Source: a virus (lineage: Duplodnaviria; Caudoviricetes). Taken from it: 64,000 bases of DNA. A program made the translations under genes and the position numbers. The notes beneath the pieces were generated by a model. It did no database searches. It was not told the origin of the DNA and saw only the letters and a program-made list of their open reading frames with translations. Shown here piece after piece: positions 26,140 through 36,497 of the stretch. The stretch's first letter is position 1. Each line of letters opens with the position of its first letter. The stretch is taken from IMG/VR virus record IMGVR_UViG_2869891414_000007, positions 1 through 64,000 of that record; one strand, written 5' to 3'.

Positions 26140-27048
26140 ATGGCAACCATTGACCTGAGTCTGTTACCGCCGCCGTTTGTGGTGGAAGAACTGGACTATG
26201 AAACCCTGTTGGCCGAGCGCAAAGCCACGCTGATATCTCTTTACCCGGAAGAACAGCGCGCCGCCGTGGCCCGCACGTTGTCGCTGGGATCCGAGCCGCT
26301 AGTCAAGCTGTTGCAAGAAAATGCCTATCGCGAGGTGATATTGCGCCAGCGCGTCAATGATGCGGCCCGCGCGGTGATGGTGGCCTATGCCGTCGGCAGT
26401 GATTTAGACCAGCTCGGCGCAAATAACAACGTTGCGCGGCTGGTGATCACCCCGGCAAACCCCACGGCGATCCCACCGATTGAAGCAGTGATGGAGTCTG
26501 ATAGTGATTTCCGGGTGCGTATCCCGCAAGCCTTTGAGGGCTTGAGTGTCGCCGGGCCAACGGGTGCTTATGAATATCATGCCAAAAGTGCCGACGGCCG
26601 TGTAGCCGATGCCTCGGCAATCAGTCCGACACCCGCCTGTGTCACGGTCACGGTGTTATCGCGTGAGGGCAACGGCGCAGCCTCAGCCGAACTGCTGGCT
26701 GTGGTTGAGGCCGCGCTAAATGATGAGAACACGCGGCCAGTGGCTGACCGGGTGACGGTGCAATCCGCCCGCATTGAAGATTATGAGATTGACGCGGTGC
26801 TCTACCTGCATCCGGGGCCGGAGGCTGAACCGGTACGCATTGCGGCCGAGAAGAAACTGACCGCCTTTGTCACCACACAACGCCGCCTCGGTCGCGACAT
26901 TCGCCTGTCAGCACTGTATGCCGCGCTGCATGTTGAGGGGGTACAACGGGTGGTGATTAATGCCCCCCTGGCTGATGTGGTGTTGGATAAAACCCAGGCC
27001 GCATGGTGCACCGGCAGCAACATCACTGTCGGGGGTACGGATGACTGA
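26140..27048 (+). CDS. J: Baseplate gpJ
   Basis: LSVAGPTGAYEYHA, RPVADRV. Confidence 0.93.
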   Translation: MATIDLSLLPPPFVVEELDYETLLAERKATLISLYPEEQRAAVARTLSLGSEPLVKLLQENAYREVILRQRVNDAARAVMVAYAVGSDLDQLGANNNVARLVITPANPTAIPPIEAVMESDSDFRVRIPQAFEGLSVAGPTGAYEYHAKSADGRVADASAISPTPACVTVTVLSREGNGAASAELLAVVEAALNDENTRPVADRVTVQSARIEDYEIDAVLYLHPGPEAEPVRIAAEKKLTAFVTTQRRLGRDIRLSALYAALHVEGVQRVVINAPLADVVLDKTQAAWCTGSNITVGGTDD

Positions 27049-27649
27049 CCGTTTATTGCCTGTCGGTTCGTCGGTGCTGGAAGTGGCCGCTGCGCGCGCC
27101 TGTGCCGAACTGGAAAACACCCCGGTTCCGATTCGCCAGCTGTGGAACGCCGATACCTGCCCGCTGGAATTATTACCTTATTTGGCGTGGGCGTGGTCAG
27201 TGGATCGCTGGGATGAGAAGTGGCCGGAAGCCACTAAGCGCGCGGTGGTGAAGTCCTCGCAGTACGTGCACAAACACAAGGGTACCATTGGCGCAATCCG
27301 CCGGGTGGTTGAGCCGCTGGGCTATCTCATCAAAGTGATCGAGTGGTGGAAGACCAACGAAACCCCCGGCACCTTTCGCCTCGATGTGGGTGTGCTGGAA
27401 ACCGGCATTACCGAAGAAATGTATCAAGAGCTTGAGCGGCTGATAGACGACGCCAAGCCATGCAGCCGCCACTTAGTCGGCCTGTCTATCAATCTCGACA
27501 GTAGCGGCCCGCTGTTTGTGGCCGCTGCCAGTTACAGTGGTGATGAGCTGACCATTTACCCCTATTTACCTGAAACCATAACCGTGACCGGCGAGGATTA
27601 CGCCAGCGCCGCCGTCCATATTATTGATGACCTGAGAGTGAACCCATGA
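27041..27649 (+). CDS. I: Baseplate gpI
   Basis: LLPYLAWAWSVDRWD, HKHKGT. Confidence 0.93.
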   Translation: MTDRLLPVGSSVLEVAAARACAELENTPVPIRQLWNADTCPLELLPYLAWAWSVDRWDEKWPEATKRAVVKSSQYVHKHKGTIGAIRRVVEPLGYLIKVIEWWKTNETPGTFRLDVGVLETGITEEMYQELERLIDDAKPCSRHLVGLSINLDSSGPLFVAAASYSGDELTIYPYLPETITVTGEDYASAAVHIIDDLRVNP

Positions 27650-28800
27650 CCGCAAAATTCTTTGCTTTACTGACCAACATCGGCGCGGCCAAGCTGGCGA
27701 ACGCCACCGCCCTCGGCACCCGCTTAGAGATAACCCACATGGCGGTCGGGGATGGCAGCGGAACCCTGCCAACACCCAATCCAGCACAAACCCAACTGGT
27801 GAACGAACAGCGCCGCGCCGCCCTCAATACCTTGTCCATTGACCCTATTAACACCAGTCAGATTATTGCAGAGCAGGTTATCCCGGAGGCCGAGGGCGGG
27901 TGGTGGATTAGGGAGATTGGCTTGCTGGATAAAGACGGTGATTTGGTTGCCATTGCCAACTGTGCCGAAACCTATAAACCGCAACTGCAAGAGGGCAGCG
28001 GCCGCACCCAAACCATTCGGGTAATTTTAATTGTCAGCAGCACTGCCGCTGTCACGCTAAAAATCGACCCGTCGGTGGTGCTGGCAACGCGTAAGTACGT
28101 TGATGATAAAGTGATTGAGGTTAAAGCCTATGCAGATGACCTGATGGTTAAACATCTGGCCGCGACTAATCCCCATTCGCAATACGCACCGCTTGCCAGC
28201 CCCGCACTGACGGGTAAACCAACCGCCCCTACACCGGCTGCGGGAAATAATACCCAACAGTTGGCGAACACCGCTTTTATTCAGGCCGCTATTAACGCTT
28301 TGGGCTTGGGCAGTGCGGCTAAATTAAATTCTGGTGTCACCGGGGGTGTTGCACTCTTTAACGATACGCTCCGCGTAGTTAATGACTTAATCGAAATTAA
28401 AAACAAAGGGGAAACCGCCAAAAACAACGCAAGAATTAATCTCGGTTGTGGAACAGCGGCGGTAAAAGATGTCGGAACCGGCGCAGGACAAATACCCGAT
28501 ATGAGCGCGTTCACCTCTGGCAATGGCTGGGTGAAATATCCTGATGGCACCATTATTCAGCGCGGGCGGGCGAACAGCTCTGATGCAGGTTATGCACTGA
28601 TAAATTTCCCTATTCCATTTATAACCGGATTTACATTGGCTTTATTGCCAGTGAGTTCTGCAAACCCACCGGCTACGCGTTATTCAGCCAATATGGGGCC
28701 GTTGGGTGACGGTAGGACAAACTTTTCATTTGCCGTGTGGGTCTTAAACTCAAACACAATTAGCACTGTGGGTACCGATTGGATCGCGATAGGAAAATAA
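27646..28800 (+). CDS. H: Tail fibre gpH, 384 aa
   Basis: Conserved N-terminus (LTNIGAAKLA, GGWWIREIGL); C-terminal GWVKYPDGTIIQRG domain. Confidence 0.9.
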   Translation: MTAKFFALLTNIGAAKLANATALGTRLEITHMAVGDGSGTLPTPNPAQTQLVNEQRRAALNTLSIDPINTSQIIAEQVIPEAEGGWWIREIGLLDKDGDLVAIANCAETYKPQLQEGSGRTQTIRVILIVSSTAAVTLKIDPSVVLATRKYVDDKVIEVKAYADDLMVKHLAATNPHSQYAPLASPALTGKPTAPTPAAGNNTQQLANTAFIQAAINALGLGSAAKLNSGVTGGVALFNDTLRVVNDLIEIKNKGETAKNNARINLGCGTAAVKDVGTGAGQIPDMSAFTSGNGWVKYPDGTIIQRGRANSSDAGYALINFPIPFITGFTLALLPVSSANPPATRYSANMGPLGDGRTNFSFAVWVLNSNTISTVGTDWIAIGK

Positions 28801-28801
28801 A

Positions 28802-29284
28802 ATGAAATATTTATTCAGTGATATTAAAAATCTATTTTTCCCTTACTCAAGCATGGAAGATTATAAACAAGCAGGAATGTGGCCCGAGTCTGGTGTAGAT
28901 GTTGATGAGGATATATTTGCACTTTACACAGGGGAGCCGCCAACGGGTAAGGTGCGTGGTTCTGTTGATGGAATGCCAGCTTGGGTAGATGTTTCCCCAC
29001 AACAACCACTAACCGCCGATGAACTTGCCGCAAAAGCTCGCGCCCATCGTGATGATTTTATTATGGCGACTGACCCCATGATGGTCAGTGATTACTCGAT
29101 TGACGATATACCACTGACGGCCGCGCAACGCACTGAATTAACTACCGCGCGTGCACTTTATCGCGCATGGCCGACAATGGAAAACTGGCCGCTGATTGAG
29201 CTACCGGAGCTGCCGCAGTGGTTGTTAGTTGAGGCGGTGAATCAGGGCTACCGGGTGCCAGTTTGGCCGCCGCTGCCTGCTTAA
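28802..29284 (+). CDS. Tail fibre assembly chaperone, gpG-like
   Basis: WP..GVDV...G.PP.GKVRG..DGMPAWVD; follows the fibre gene. Confidence 0.75.
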   Translation: MKYLFSDIKNLFFPYSSMEDYKQAGMWPESGVDVDEDIFALYTGEPPTGKVRGSVDGMPAWVDVSPQQPLTADELAAKARAHRDDFIMATDPMMVSDYSIDDIPLTAAQRTELTTARALYRAWPTMENWPLIELPELPQWLLVEAVNQGYRVPVWPPLPA

Positions 29285-29320
29285 TATTTTATCTTGGCCC
29301 CCGATTGCGGGGCTTTTTGT

Positions 29321-29338
29321 TGTGCCATTTTCCACACA
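29321..29338. promoter_or_regulatory. Ogr box at the F late promoter
   Basis: TGT-N12-ACA, just after a terminator hairpin (29297-29319). Confidence 0.7.
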
Positions 29339-29410
29339 TCCCCTATCAATCGCCCCCCACACAGTAACCCGTCACCATACTCTCACCCTTAACCAACGGA
29401 GAGTTACCCC

Positions 29411-30580
29411 ATGGGTGATTACCATCACGGCGTCCGCATTCTCGAAATCAACGAGGGGACGCGCGTCATTTCCACTATTTCCACCGCCATTGTCGGCATG
29501 GTCTGCACCGCCGAGGATGCCGACGCGGCAACATTCCCCCTCAATACCCCGGTACTGATTACCAACGTACTGGCCGCCGCCGGTAAAGCCGGTAAAAAAG
29601 GCACACTGGCCGCGTCGTTACTGGCGATTGCTGAACAGGCCCGTCCGGTGACGATTGTTGTTCGCGTCGCTACCGGCAAAGATGAGGCTGAAACCACCTC
29701 TAATATTATCGGCGGCGCTGACGAGAACGGCCGTTACACCGGTATGAAAGCGTTGTTAGATGCGCAATCTGTCACCGGCGTTCGCCCGCGCATTCTCGGT
29801 GTGCCGGGGCTGGATAATCTGGCGGTATCGACGGCACTGGCGGATATTTGCCAGAAGCTGCGCGCCTTTGGTTATATCAGCGCCTACGGTTGCAAGACTA
29901 TTTCAGAAGCCATTTTGTACCGCGACAATTTCAGCCAGCGTGAGCTGATGTTGATTTGGCCGGATTTTCTGAGCTGGAACACCACCGCCAACAGCACTGA
30001 TATTGCTTATGCCACTGCCCGCGCACTGGGTCTGCGTGCCAAGATTGACCAAGAGACGGGATGGCATAAAACCCTGTCTAACGTCGGGGTGAATGGCGTG
30101 ACCGGTATCTCTGCCAGCGTCTACTGGGATTTACAGACCGTCGGCACTGACGCCGACCTGCTCAATAAAGCCTGTGTAACCACCCTTGTACGCAAAGATG
30201 GCTTCAAGTTTTGGGGTTCGCGCACCTGTTCTGATGACCCGCTATTTGCCTTTGAGAACTACACCCGCACCGCGCAGATTCTGGCTGACACTATGGCCGA
30301 GGCGCAGTTGTGGGCCATTGACCGCCCGATGCACCCGACGCTGGTCAAAGACATGATTGGCAGCATCAATGCCAAATTCCGCGAAATGAAATCCGCCGGG
30401 CTGATTATTGACGGCGCTTGCTGGTATGACGACAGCGCCAACGATAAAGACACCCTGAAAGCGGGCAAGCTGTTTATCGATTACGACTACACCCCAGTGC
30501 CGCCACTGGAAGACCTCACCCTGCGCCAGCGTATCACCGATAAATATCTGGTGAACTTTGCCGCTGCCGTCAACAGCTAA
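29411..30580 (+). CDS. FI: Tail sheath gpFI
   Basis: DYHHGVR, WHKTLSNV, FWGSRT, YDYTPVPP. Confidence 0.95.
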   Translation: MGDYHHGVRILEINEGTRVISTISTAIVGMVCTAEDADAATFPLNTPVLITNVLAAAGKAGKKGTLAASLLAIAEQARPVTIVVRVATGKDEAETTSNIIGGADENGRYTGMKALLDAQSVTGVRPRILGVPGLDNLAVSTALADICQKLRAFGYISAYGCKTISEAILYRDNFSQRELMLIWPDFLSWNTTANSTDIAYATARALGLRAKIDQETGWHKTLSNVGVNGVTGISASVYWDLQTVGTDADLLNKACVTTLVRKDGFKFWGSRTCSDDPLFAFENYTRTAQILADTMAEAQLWAIDRPMHPTLVKDMIGSINAKFREMKSAGLIIDGACWYDDSANDKDTLKAGKLFIDYDYTPVPPLEDLTLRQRITDKYLVNFAAAVNS

Positions 30581-30593
30581 GGAAACCTGACTT

Positions 30594-31109
30594 ATGGCAC
30601 TGCCACGTAAGCTGAAATTGATGAACCTGTTTAACGATGGCCGGGATTACATGGGGATCGTCTCGTCCATTACCCTGCCAAAACTCACCCGCAAGCTGGA
30701 GAACTACCGGGGCGGCGGGATGAATGGCGTTGCGCCAATTGATTTGGGTCTGGATGACGATGCGCTATCCATGGAGTGGTCGATGGGCGGCATTGACGAA
30801 CTGGTGTTGCAGCAATGGGGAACGCCCAAAGTTGACGCGGTTCCGCTGCGTTTTGCCGGAGCTTATCAGCGTGATGACACTGGCGAGGTCACCGCGGTAG
30901 AGGTCGAAATCCGTGGCCGTCATAAAGAGATTGATGGCGGCGAATCCAAACAAGGGGAAGACACCGAAACCAAGGTATCCACCCAGTGCACTTATTACAA
31001 GCTGACCATTGACGGCAAGGTGGTGATGGAAATTGACGTGGTTAACCTGATTGAAATTGTTAACGGCGTAGACCTGCTGGAAGCCCAACGCAAGGCCATT
31101 GGCCGCTAA
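30594..31109 (+). CDS. FII: Tail tube gpFII
   Basis: MALPRKLK...LPKLTRK.ENYRGGGM. Confidence 0.95.
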   Translation: MALPRKLKLMNLFNDGRDYMGIVSSITLPKLTRKLENYRGGGMNGVAPIDLGLDDDALSMEWSMGGIDELVLQQWGTPKVDAVPLRFAGAYQRDDTGEVTAVEVEIRGRHKEIDGGESKQGEDTETKVSTQCTYYKLTIDGKVVMEIDVVNLIEIVNGVDLLEAQRKAIGR

Positions 31110-31164
31110 CCCCTGACGGCCAGTGTTAGCTCGCTGGCCCTCCCTGACTGAATTGGAAAAAACC

Positions 31165-31476
31165 ATGAAAAAACTCACTGTTAAAACTGAAACCATCGCC
31201 GAGGTTAACGAGAATGTGGTGGTACTGGAAACCCCGCTAAAGCGTGGCGATACCCTGATTACTGAAATCGAAGTTTACCGCCCCAATGCCGGGGCGCTGC
31301 GCGGGGTACGGCTTTCAGATGTCGCTCATTCTGATGTGGATGCGCTGATTGTGGTGTTACCCCGTATCACCACCCCCACACTGACCGCCGCTGAATGTGG
31401 CCGCTTAGAACTGCCGGATTTAGTGGCACTGGCCGGCAAGGTGATTGGTTTTTTGTCGCCGAAACCGGCGGCGTAA
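31165..31476 (+). CDS. E: Tail assembly chaperone gpE
   Basis: VLETPLKRG, GALRGVRL; TTTTTTG slippery site at 31449-31455. Confidence 0.9.
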   Translation: MKKLTVKTETIAEVNENVVVLETPLKRGDTLITEIEVYRPNAGALRGVRLSDVAHSDVDALIVVLPRITTPTLTAAECGRLELPDLVALAGKVIGFLSPKPAA

Positions 31477-31631
31477 CGCTCGACCCGAAACTGGAAGTGG
31501 ATGACCTGATGGCGGATATTGCCGCCATTTTTCACTGGCCGCCGTCAGAGCTTTGGGCCTTGAGTCTCACCGAGCTGGTGCGCTGGCGTCATAAAGCCCT
31601 GCTAAGAAGTGGAGCCGTAAACCATGAGTAA
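31449..31631 (+). CDS. gpE' extension reached by a programmed -1 frameshift
   Basis: The -1 frame is open from the T6G site: MADIAAIFHWPPSEL...W, as in P2 E+E'. Confidence 0.8.
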   Translation, partial: FFVAETGGVTLDPKLEVDDLMADIAAIFHWPPSELWALSLTELVRWRHKALLRSGAVNHE

Positions 31632-34053
31632 GAGCTTACAGTTACAGGTATTGCTCAAAGCCGTAGACCAAGCCACCCGCCCGTTTAAAGCCATTCAAAC
31701 CGCCAGTAAATCCCTCACCGGGGATATTCGCAACACACAAAGCAGCATCAAATCCCTTGATGCGCAGGCGGCGAAGATTGACGGTTTCCGCAAGGCCAGC
31801 GCCCAACTGGCGGTCACCGGGCAGGCATTAAAAAAAGCCAAAGAAGACGCGGCGGCGCTGGCTATTGCCTTTAAAAACACCGAGAAACCCACCGCCCAAC
31901 AAGCCCGGCTGATGGAGGGAGCCAAGCGTGCGGCGGCTGAACTGCAAACCAAATATAGCGGGCTGCGCCAGTCAGTGCAGCGCCAGCGCGACGCCCTCAA
32001 TGCTGACGGTATCGCGACCAAAAACCTGAGCAGTGAACAACGCCGGTTACGCAGCAGTGCCGCCGAGGCGACGGTTGCCCTGAGCCGCCAGCGCCAAGAG
32101 CTGCAACGCCTGAGCTTGAAACAGGAACAACTCAACCGTATCAGCAATCGTTACCAGAAAGGCAAAGCAGCCACCAGTGCCGTACGTAATACCAGCGCGG
32201 CGAGTCTTGGCGTAGCAACCGCTGGGCTGTACGGCGCGGCGAAACTGATTGCGCCGGGTATGGAGTTTGACAGCCAGATGTCCGGCACACAGGCGATTTT
32301 AGGGCTGGATAAGAACGACACCAAACTGGCGGCCATACGCCAACAGGCGCGGGATATCGGCGGATCAACCGCCTTTTCCCCGACCGATGTGGCACGAACC
32401 CAAGACACACTGGCCCGTTCCGGCTATGACGCTAACGCCATTCTCGCCGCCACTGAACCGACGGTTAACCTGTCGCTGGCGTCCGGGGTGGATATTGCCG
32501 AGGCGGCGGATATTGTCACTAACATGCAGTCGGCGTTTAACCTGCCGCTAGACCAGATTAAACGTGTGTCGGACGTGATGGCGAAAGGCTTTACCAGCTC
32601 AAACACCAACTTGCTAGAGCTGGGCGAGGCGATGAAATACGTCGCTCCGATTGCCGAGGCCGCCGGGGCCAGCATCGAAGACACCACCGCGTTACTCGGT
32701 GTGCTGGCCGATAATGGCATTAAAGGCAGTATGGCAGGCACTAGTACCAGCGCGGTGTTTAGCCGGTTGCAGGCCCCTATCGGCAAAGCGCCGGAAGCCT
32801 TGCGCGAACTGGGAATAATCACCCGCGACGGCAAAGGCAATATGTTGCCGGTGGAGAAAATTCTCAAAGACATCAACAACTCATTTAAAAAGAACAAGTT
32901 AGGCACCGCGCAGCAAGCCGAATACCTGAAAGTGATCTTCGGTGAGGAAGCCATGAAAGGCGCGGTGAAACTGGTGGCTGCTGCCGGTAACGGCAAGTTG
33001 GCGGAGAAACAAAACAAGCTGAAAAATGCCGATGGCACCGCGCAATCTATTGCCACGGTCAGAATGGACAACCTCGACGGCGACCTGAAAAACCTGAGTT
33101 CGGCATGGGAAGACTTAGAAATTGAAGTCTTTGAAAAGCAAGATTCCGCCCTGCGTAAGCTGACCGTCACCACTACCGACTGGCTAGTTAAGGTGGCGGC
33201 ATGGGCTAAGAAAAATCCCGAGTTGGTCGCCACGCTGACCAAGGTCACTGGCGCAGCGTTGGCGCTGGTCGCTGGGCTGGGTGCGCTGGGACTGATTGCA
33301 TGGCCGGTCATGGCTGGGTTTAACCTGTTGTTGGCGGGGGCCGGTCTGCTCAGTACCGGTTTTTCGCTGATGGCTGGCACCATTGCCACCGCGCTCACCG
33401 CGCTGACATGGCCGATAGTCGCCGTGGTCGCGGCCATTGTGGCCGGTGGGCTGCTTATCCGTAAATATTGGGAGCCTATCAGCGCCTTTATTGCGGGCGT
33501 GGCCGAGGGTTTTGCTGCTGCCATGGGGCCAATCAGTGCCGCCTTTGAGCCGCTTAAACCGGTGTTTAACTGGTTTAGCGACAAGGTGAAACAGCTTTCG
33601 AACTGGTTCGCTGACTTGATTAAGCCGGTCAAAGCCACACAGGAAACCTTAGACGCGGCCACTAACGCGGGCAAGTTATTTGGCGAAGGGCTGGCGGCGG
33701 CGCTCAGTCTGCCGATGGATGCGCTAAACACTCTGCGCAGTGGCATTGATTGGGTGCTGGAAAAGCTCGGCGTTATTGATAGCAAATCTGCGGGGCTGGC
33801 CGATAACGTCCCGAAAGATAACCCTTACGCGGGCGGATACTCACCCAGTGGCGGCGTGTTATATGGCGGTTATCAGCCGGTGACTGCCAATACTGGCACC
33901 ACTATCGTTGACAGTAGTGTCACCACCAACGATATCAAGGTGACTATTCCGCCGGGTATGAGCCGACAGGATGCCGAGCGAATGATGACCGATGCCCTAG
34001 CCAAAAATGAACGCGATAAACGCGCCCGCCAGCGCGGCCAGATGGAGAATTAA
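31624..34053 (+). CDS. T: Tape measure gpT
   Basis: 809 aa, Ala-rich coiled coil with a TP901-like core. Confidence 0.93.
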   Translation: MSKSLQLQVLLKAVDQATRPFKAIQTASKSLTGDIRNTQSSIKSLDAQAAKIDGFRKASAQLAVTGQALKKAKEDAAALAIAFKNTEKPTAQQARLMEGAKRAAAELQTKYSGLRQSVQRQRDALNADGIATKNLSSEQRRLRSSAAEATVALSRQRQELQRLSLKQEQLNRISNRYQKGKAATSAVRNTSAASLGVATAGLYGAAKLIAPGMEFDSQMSGTQAILGLDKNDTKLAAIRQQARDIGGSTAFSPTDVARTQDTLARSGYDANAILAATEPTVNLSLASGVDIAEAADIVTNMQSAFNLPLDQIKRVSDVMAKGFTSSNTNLLELGEAMKYVAPIAEAAGASIEDTTALLGVLADNGIKGSMAGTSTSAVFSRLQAPIGKAPEALRELGIITRDGKGNMLPVEKILKDINNSFKKNKLGTAQQAEYLKVIFGEEAMKGAVKLVAAAGNGKLAEKQNKLKNADGTAQSIATVRMDNLDGDLKNLSSAWEDLEIEVFEKQDSALRKLTVTTTDWLVKVAAWAKKNPELVATLTKVTGAALALVAGLGALGLIAWPVMAGFNLLLAGAGLLSTGFSLMAGTIATALTALTWPIVAVVAAIVAGGLLIRKYWEPISAFIAGVAEGFAAAMGPISAAFEPLKPVFNWFSDKVKQLSNWFADLIKPVKATQETLDAATNAGKLFGEGLAAALSLPMDALNTLRSGIDWVLEKLGVIDSKSAGLADNVPKDNPYAGGYSPSGGVLYGGYQPVTANTGTTIVDSSVTTNDIKVTIPPGMSRQDAERMMTDALAKNERDKRARQRGQMEN

Positions 34054-34055
34054 TC

Positions 34056-34541
34056 ATGATGTTATCACTGGGTTTATTTGTCTTTATGCTACAAACCACC
34101 CCTTATCAAAGCATGGGACGCAATATTGATTATCGTTGGCCCACTAACAGCCGGGTAGGCTTGCGCCCGGCGGCGCAATTTCTTGGCGTAGATAGCGAAA
34201 AAATGACGCTATCCGGGGTATTACTACCGGAACTGACAGGCGGCCGCCTGTCGTTGCTGGCTCTAGAGGTTATGGCTAACCAAGGCAAAGCATGGCCGCT
34301 GATTGAGGGGAGCGGCATGATATACGGTATGTTTGTGGTTGAAAGCCTGAACCTGACCCGCAGTCTGTTTTTTGCAGATGGCTGCGCCCGGCGCATTGAG
34401 TTCACCCTCAATCTGTTGCGGGTCGATGAGTCGTTAACCGCCATGTTCGGCGACCTGCAACAACAGGCTGACGAGTTGCTGGGTAAAGCGACGGCCATGA
34501 CCGGTAAAGCGCAGACAGCTATCGGGGGGTTATTCTCATGA
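34056..34541 (+). CDS. U: Tail protein gpU
   Basis: MMLSLGLFVF...RVG.RPAAQFLG. Confidence 0.92.
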   Translation: MMLSLGLFVFMLQTTPYQSMGRNIDYRWPTNSRVGLRPAAQFLGVDSEKMTLSGVLLPELTGGRLSLLALEVMANQGKAWPLIEGSGMIYGMFVVESLNLTRSLFFADGCARRIEFTLNLLRVDESLTAMFGDLQQQADELLGKATAMTGKAQTAIGGLFS

Positions 34542-35704
34542 TGACCGGCATGTCTCTACCGGCCGGGGCGGATATGGCCCCGGATTTTATGCTGAACATT
34601 AACCAGAAAGACATCACGCAGAATATCCGTGACCGGCTGTTGTCGCTTAGTCTGACTGATAACCGGGGCTTTGAAGCTGACCAGCTCGATATTGAGCTGG
34701 ATGACGCCGACGGCCAGCTTGCCATGCCGGAACGCGGCGCAGTGTTGTCGGTGTTCTTGGGCTGGAAAGGGTCGGCGCTGATTGGTAAAGGTGACTTTAC
34801 CGTGGATGAGGTCGAGCACCACGGCGCGCCGGATACGCTGACCATTCGCGCCCGCAGTGCGGATTTTCGCGGCTCACTCAATGCGCGGCGGGAAGTCTCT
34901 TATCATGAAACCACGCTGGGTAAAGTGGTGGCGCAAGTGGCCGAGCGCAACAACCTGAAAGCGATGCTGGCTGACGGTCTGGCGGATATCGCTATTTCTC
35001 ATATCGACCAGACCCAAGAAACTGACGCCAAATTTATCACCCGGTTAGCTTCACTGAATGGCGCGGTGGCTGCCGTCAAAGCCGGGCGATTGTTATTTAT
35101 CAAGCCGGGCAGCGGTGTTACTGCCAGCGGGAAACCCATTCCGCAGATGACGATCACCCGGCAGGATGGCGACCAGCACAGCTTTAGTATTGCTGACCGG
35201 GGCGCGTATACCGGTGTCAGTGCCAGTTGGTTACACACCAAAGACCCCAAACCGGCCAAGCCGAAAAAGGTTAAGTTGCAGCGTAAGCCAAAGTTTAAGC
35301 AGCTCCGCGCACTGGAACACCCCAAAGCCAAACCGACCCGCACCAAAGCGGCCGCAGTGAAAAAGCCGGTGGAGGAAAAACAAGGGGATTATCTGGTGGG
35401 GTCAGAAGATAACGTTTTTGCTATCACGACAGTTTACGCCACGCAAAAAGCCGCTATGCGCGCCGCTCAATCTAAATGGGAGAAGTTACAACGCGGTGTT
35501 GCTGAGTTCTCTATCACCTTAGCCATGGGGCGCGCTGATTTATTTCCTGAAACCCCTGTCGAGGTCAATGGTTTTAAATCGGTGATAGACCAACAGAACT
35601 GGATAATCAGCAAGGTAACGCACAACCTGAGTAACAACGGCTACACCACCCAGTTATCTCTAGAAGTGTTGTTGTCGGATGTCACTTATGAGGCCACTGA
35701 GTAG
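34538..35704 (+). CDS. D: Baseplate hub gpD
   Basis: LTDNRGFEADQL, HIDQTQETD. Confidence 0.93.
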   Translation: MMTGMSLPAGADMAPDFMLNINQKDITQNIRDRLLSLSLTDNRGFEADQLDIELDDADGQLAMPERGAVLSVFLGWKGSALIGKGDFTVDEVEHHGAPDTLTIRARSADFRGSLNARREVSYHETTLGKVVAQVAERNNLKAMLADGLADIAISHIDQTQETDAKFITRLASLNGAVAAVKAGRLLFIKPGSGVTASGKPIPQMTITRQDGDQHSFSIADRGAYTGVSASWLHTKDPKPAKPKKVKLQRKPKFKQLRALEHPKAKPTRTKAAAVKKPVEEKQGDYLVGSEDNVFAITTVYATQKAAMRAAQSKWEKLQRGVAEFSITLAMGRADLFPETPVEVNGFKSVIDQQNWIISKVTHNLSNNGYTTQLSLEVLLSDVTYEATE

Positions 35705-35795
35705 TAATATTCAACTAATTGATATTTATTTCACAAATGCGAATGCTGGTGATAAGATCAGCATAATTACTGAATATGCAGTTTCGGAGGTAAAT

Positions 35796-36011
35796 ATGAT
35801 GCATTGCCCACGCTGTAAATTTGCAGCACACGCGAGATCCAGTCGTTACCTTAGTGATGAAACTAAAGAACGCTATCACCAGTGCACGAATATTAATTGC
35901 GGCAAAACCTTTAAGACCCATGAAACAATCGTTGATACGATAATGGAGCCGGGAATAATTAATGCTGTACCGCCCCACCCTAAAGGGAATCAAGGCGTGT
36001 TGTGGATGTAA
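35796..36011 (+). CDS. ogr: Ogr late-gene activator
   Basis: CPRC...ERYHQCTNINCG C4 zinc finger; GGAGG RBS. Confidence 0.92.
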   Translation: MMHCPRCKFAAHARSSRYLSDETKERYHQCTNINCGKTFKTHETIVDTIMEPGIINAVPPHPKGNQGVLWM

Positions 36012-36018
36012 TTGAAGA

Positions 36019-36042
36019 AGCCTGCAAATTGCAGGTTTTTTT
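36019..36042 (+). terminator. ogr terminator
   Basis: CCTGCAAATTGCAGG hairpin followed by a T-run. Confidence 0.7.
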
Positions 36043-36137
36043 ATTATTAAAATTTGGCGTAATTAATATCTTATTGGGGATAATTGGCGGTTTATCGTGC
36101 TTGCTACTGGATGCAGCCTTGAGGGTGTGAAAAGTGC

Positions 36138-36167
36138 CGTAGACACAATGTAGTCATTTTGTAGTCA
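36138..36167. repeat. Candidate integrase arm-type sites, three copies at 11-bp spacing
   Basis: CGTAGACA, TGTAGTCA, TGTAGTCA; GTAGTCA also at 925-931 inside the left att. Confidence 0.5.
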
Positions 36168-36188
36168 CTCTGCTGCCATTTTCAAATC

Positions 36189-36317
36189 TCAGACACAAAA
36201 AAACCGCCTCACGGCGGCTAACGACATACTCATACTACTTTGTTTTACTTATACTATTTTCCATGGTGCCCGGGGCGGGACTTGAACCCGCACAGCCATA
36301 AGCCGAGGGATTTTAAA
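36189..36317. repeat. Shared att junction: right end of the P2-like prophage and left end of the second prophage
   Basis: Direct repeat of 704-832. Confidence 0.9.
36264..36317 (-). tRNA. leuZ: tRNA-Leu(TAA) 3' half only, second att copy
   Basis: Identical 54 bp to 779-832; the 5' half of the tRNA is absent here too. Confidence 0.85.
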
Positions 36318-36459
36318 TTGCCATTGGTTTTAAGTTAAAACAATGAGTTAGATATTATATTCATAATATATTAACTTTTTTATGATCTTTATAATCAGCG
36401 GGTTATGTCAGGCAGTGGCCCGCTATTATGAATCCCTATTGATAATCACCAACACTTTA

Positions 36460-36475
36460 CTGTATAAAAACACAG
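36460..36475. promoter_or_regulatory. LexA box upstream of the dinI pair
   Basis: CTGTATAAAAACACAG. Confidence 0.85.
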
Positions 36476-36497
36476 TTACCTAATGGGGTGTGAAATC

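Larger units (their letters stand above)
704..36317. mobile_element. P2/186-like prophage, about 35.6 kb including an ISL3 insertion
   Basis: att repeats at both ends and canonical order int-cI-apl-cII-A-cos-Q-P-O-N-M-L-X-lysis-R-S-V-W-J-I-H-G-FI-FII-E-T-U-D-ogr. Confidence 0.95.

Noticed and set aside
27646-29284. Invertible tail-fibre cassette
   Set aside because: No invertase gene, second fibre tip or flanking inverted repeats found
32424-33785. 453-aa minus-strand ORF
   Set aside because: Antisense shadow of the Ala-rich tape measure gene
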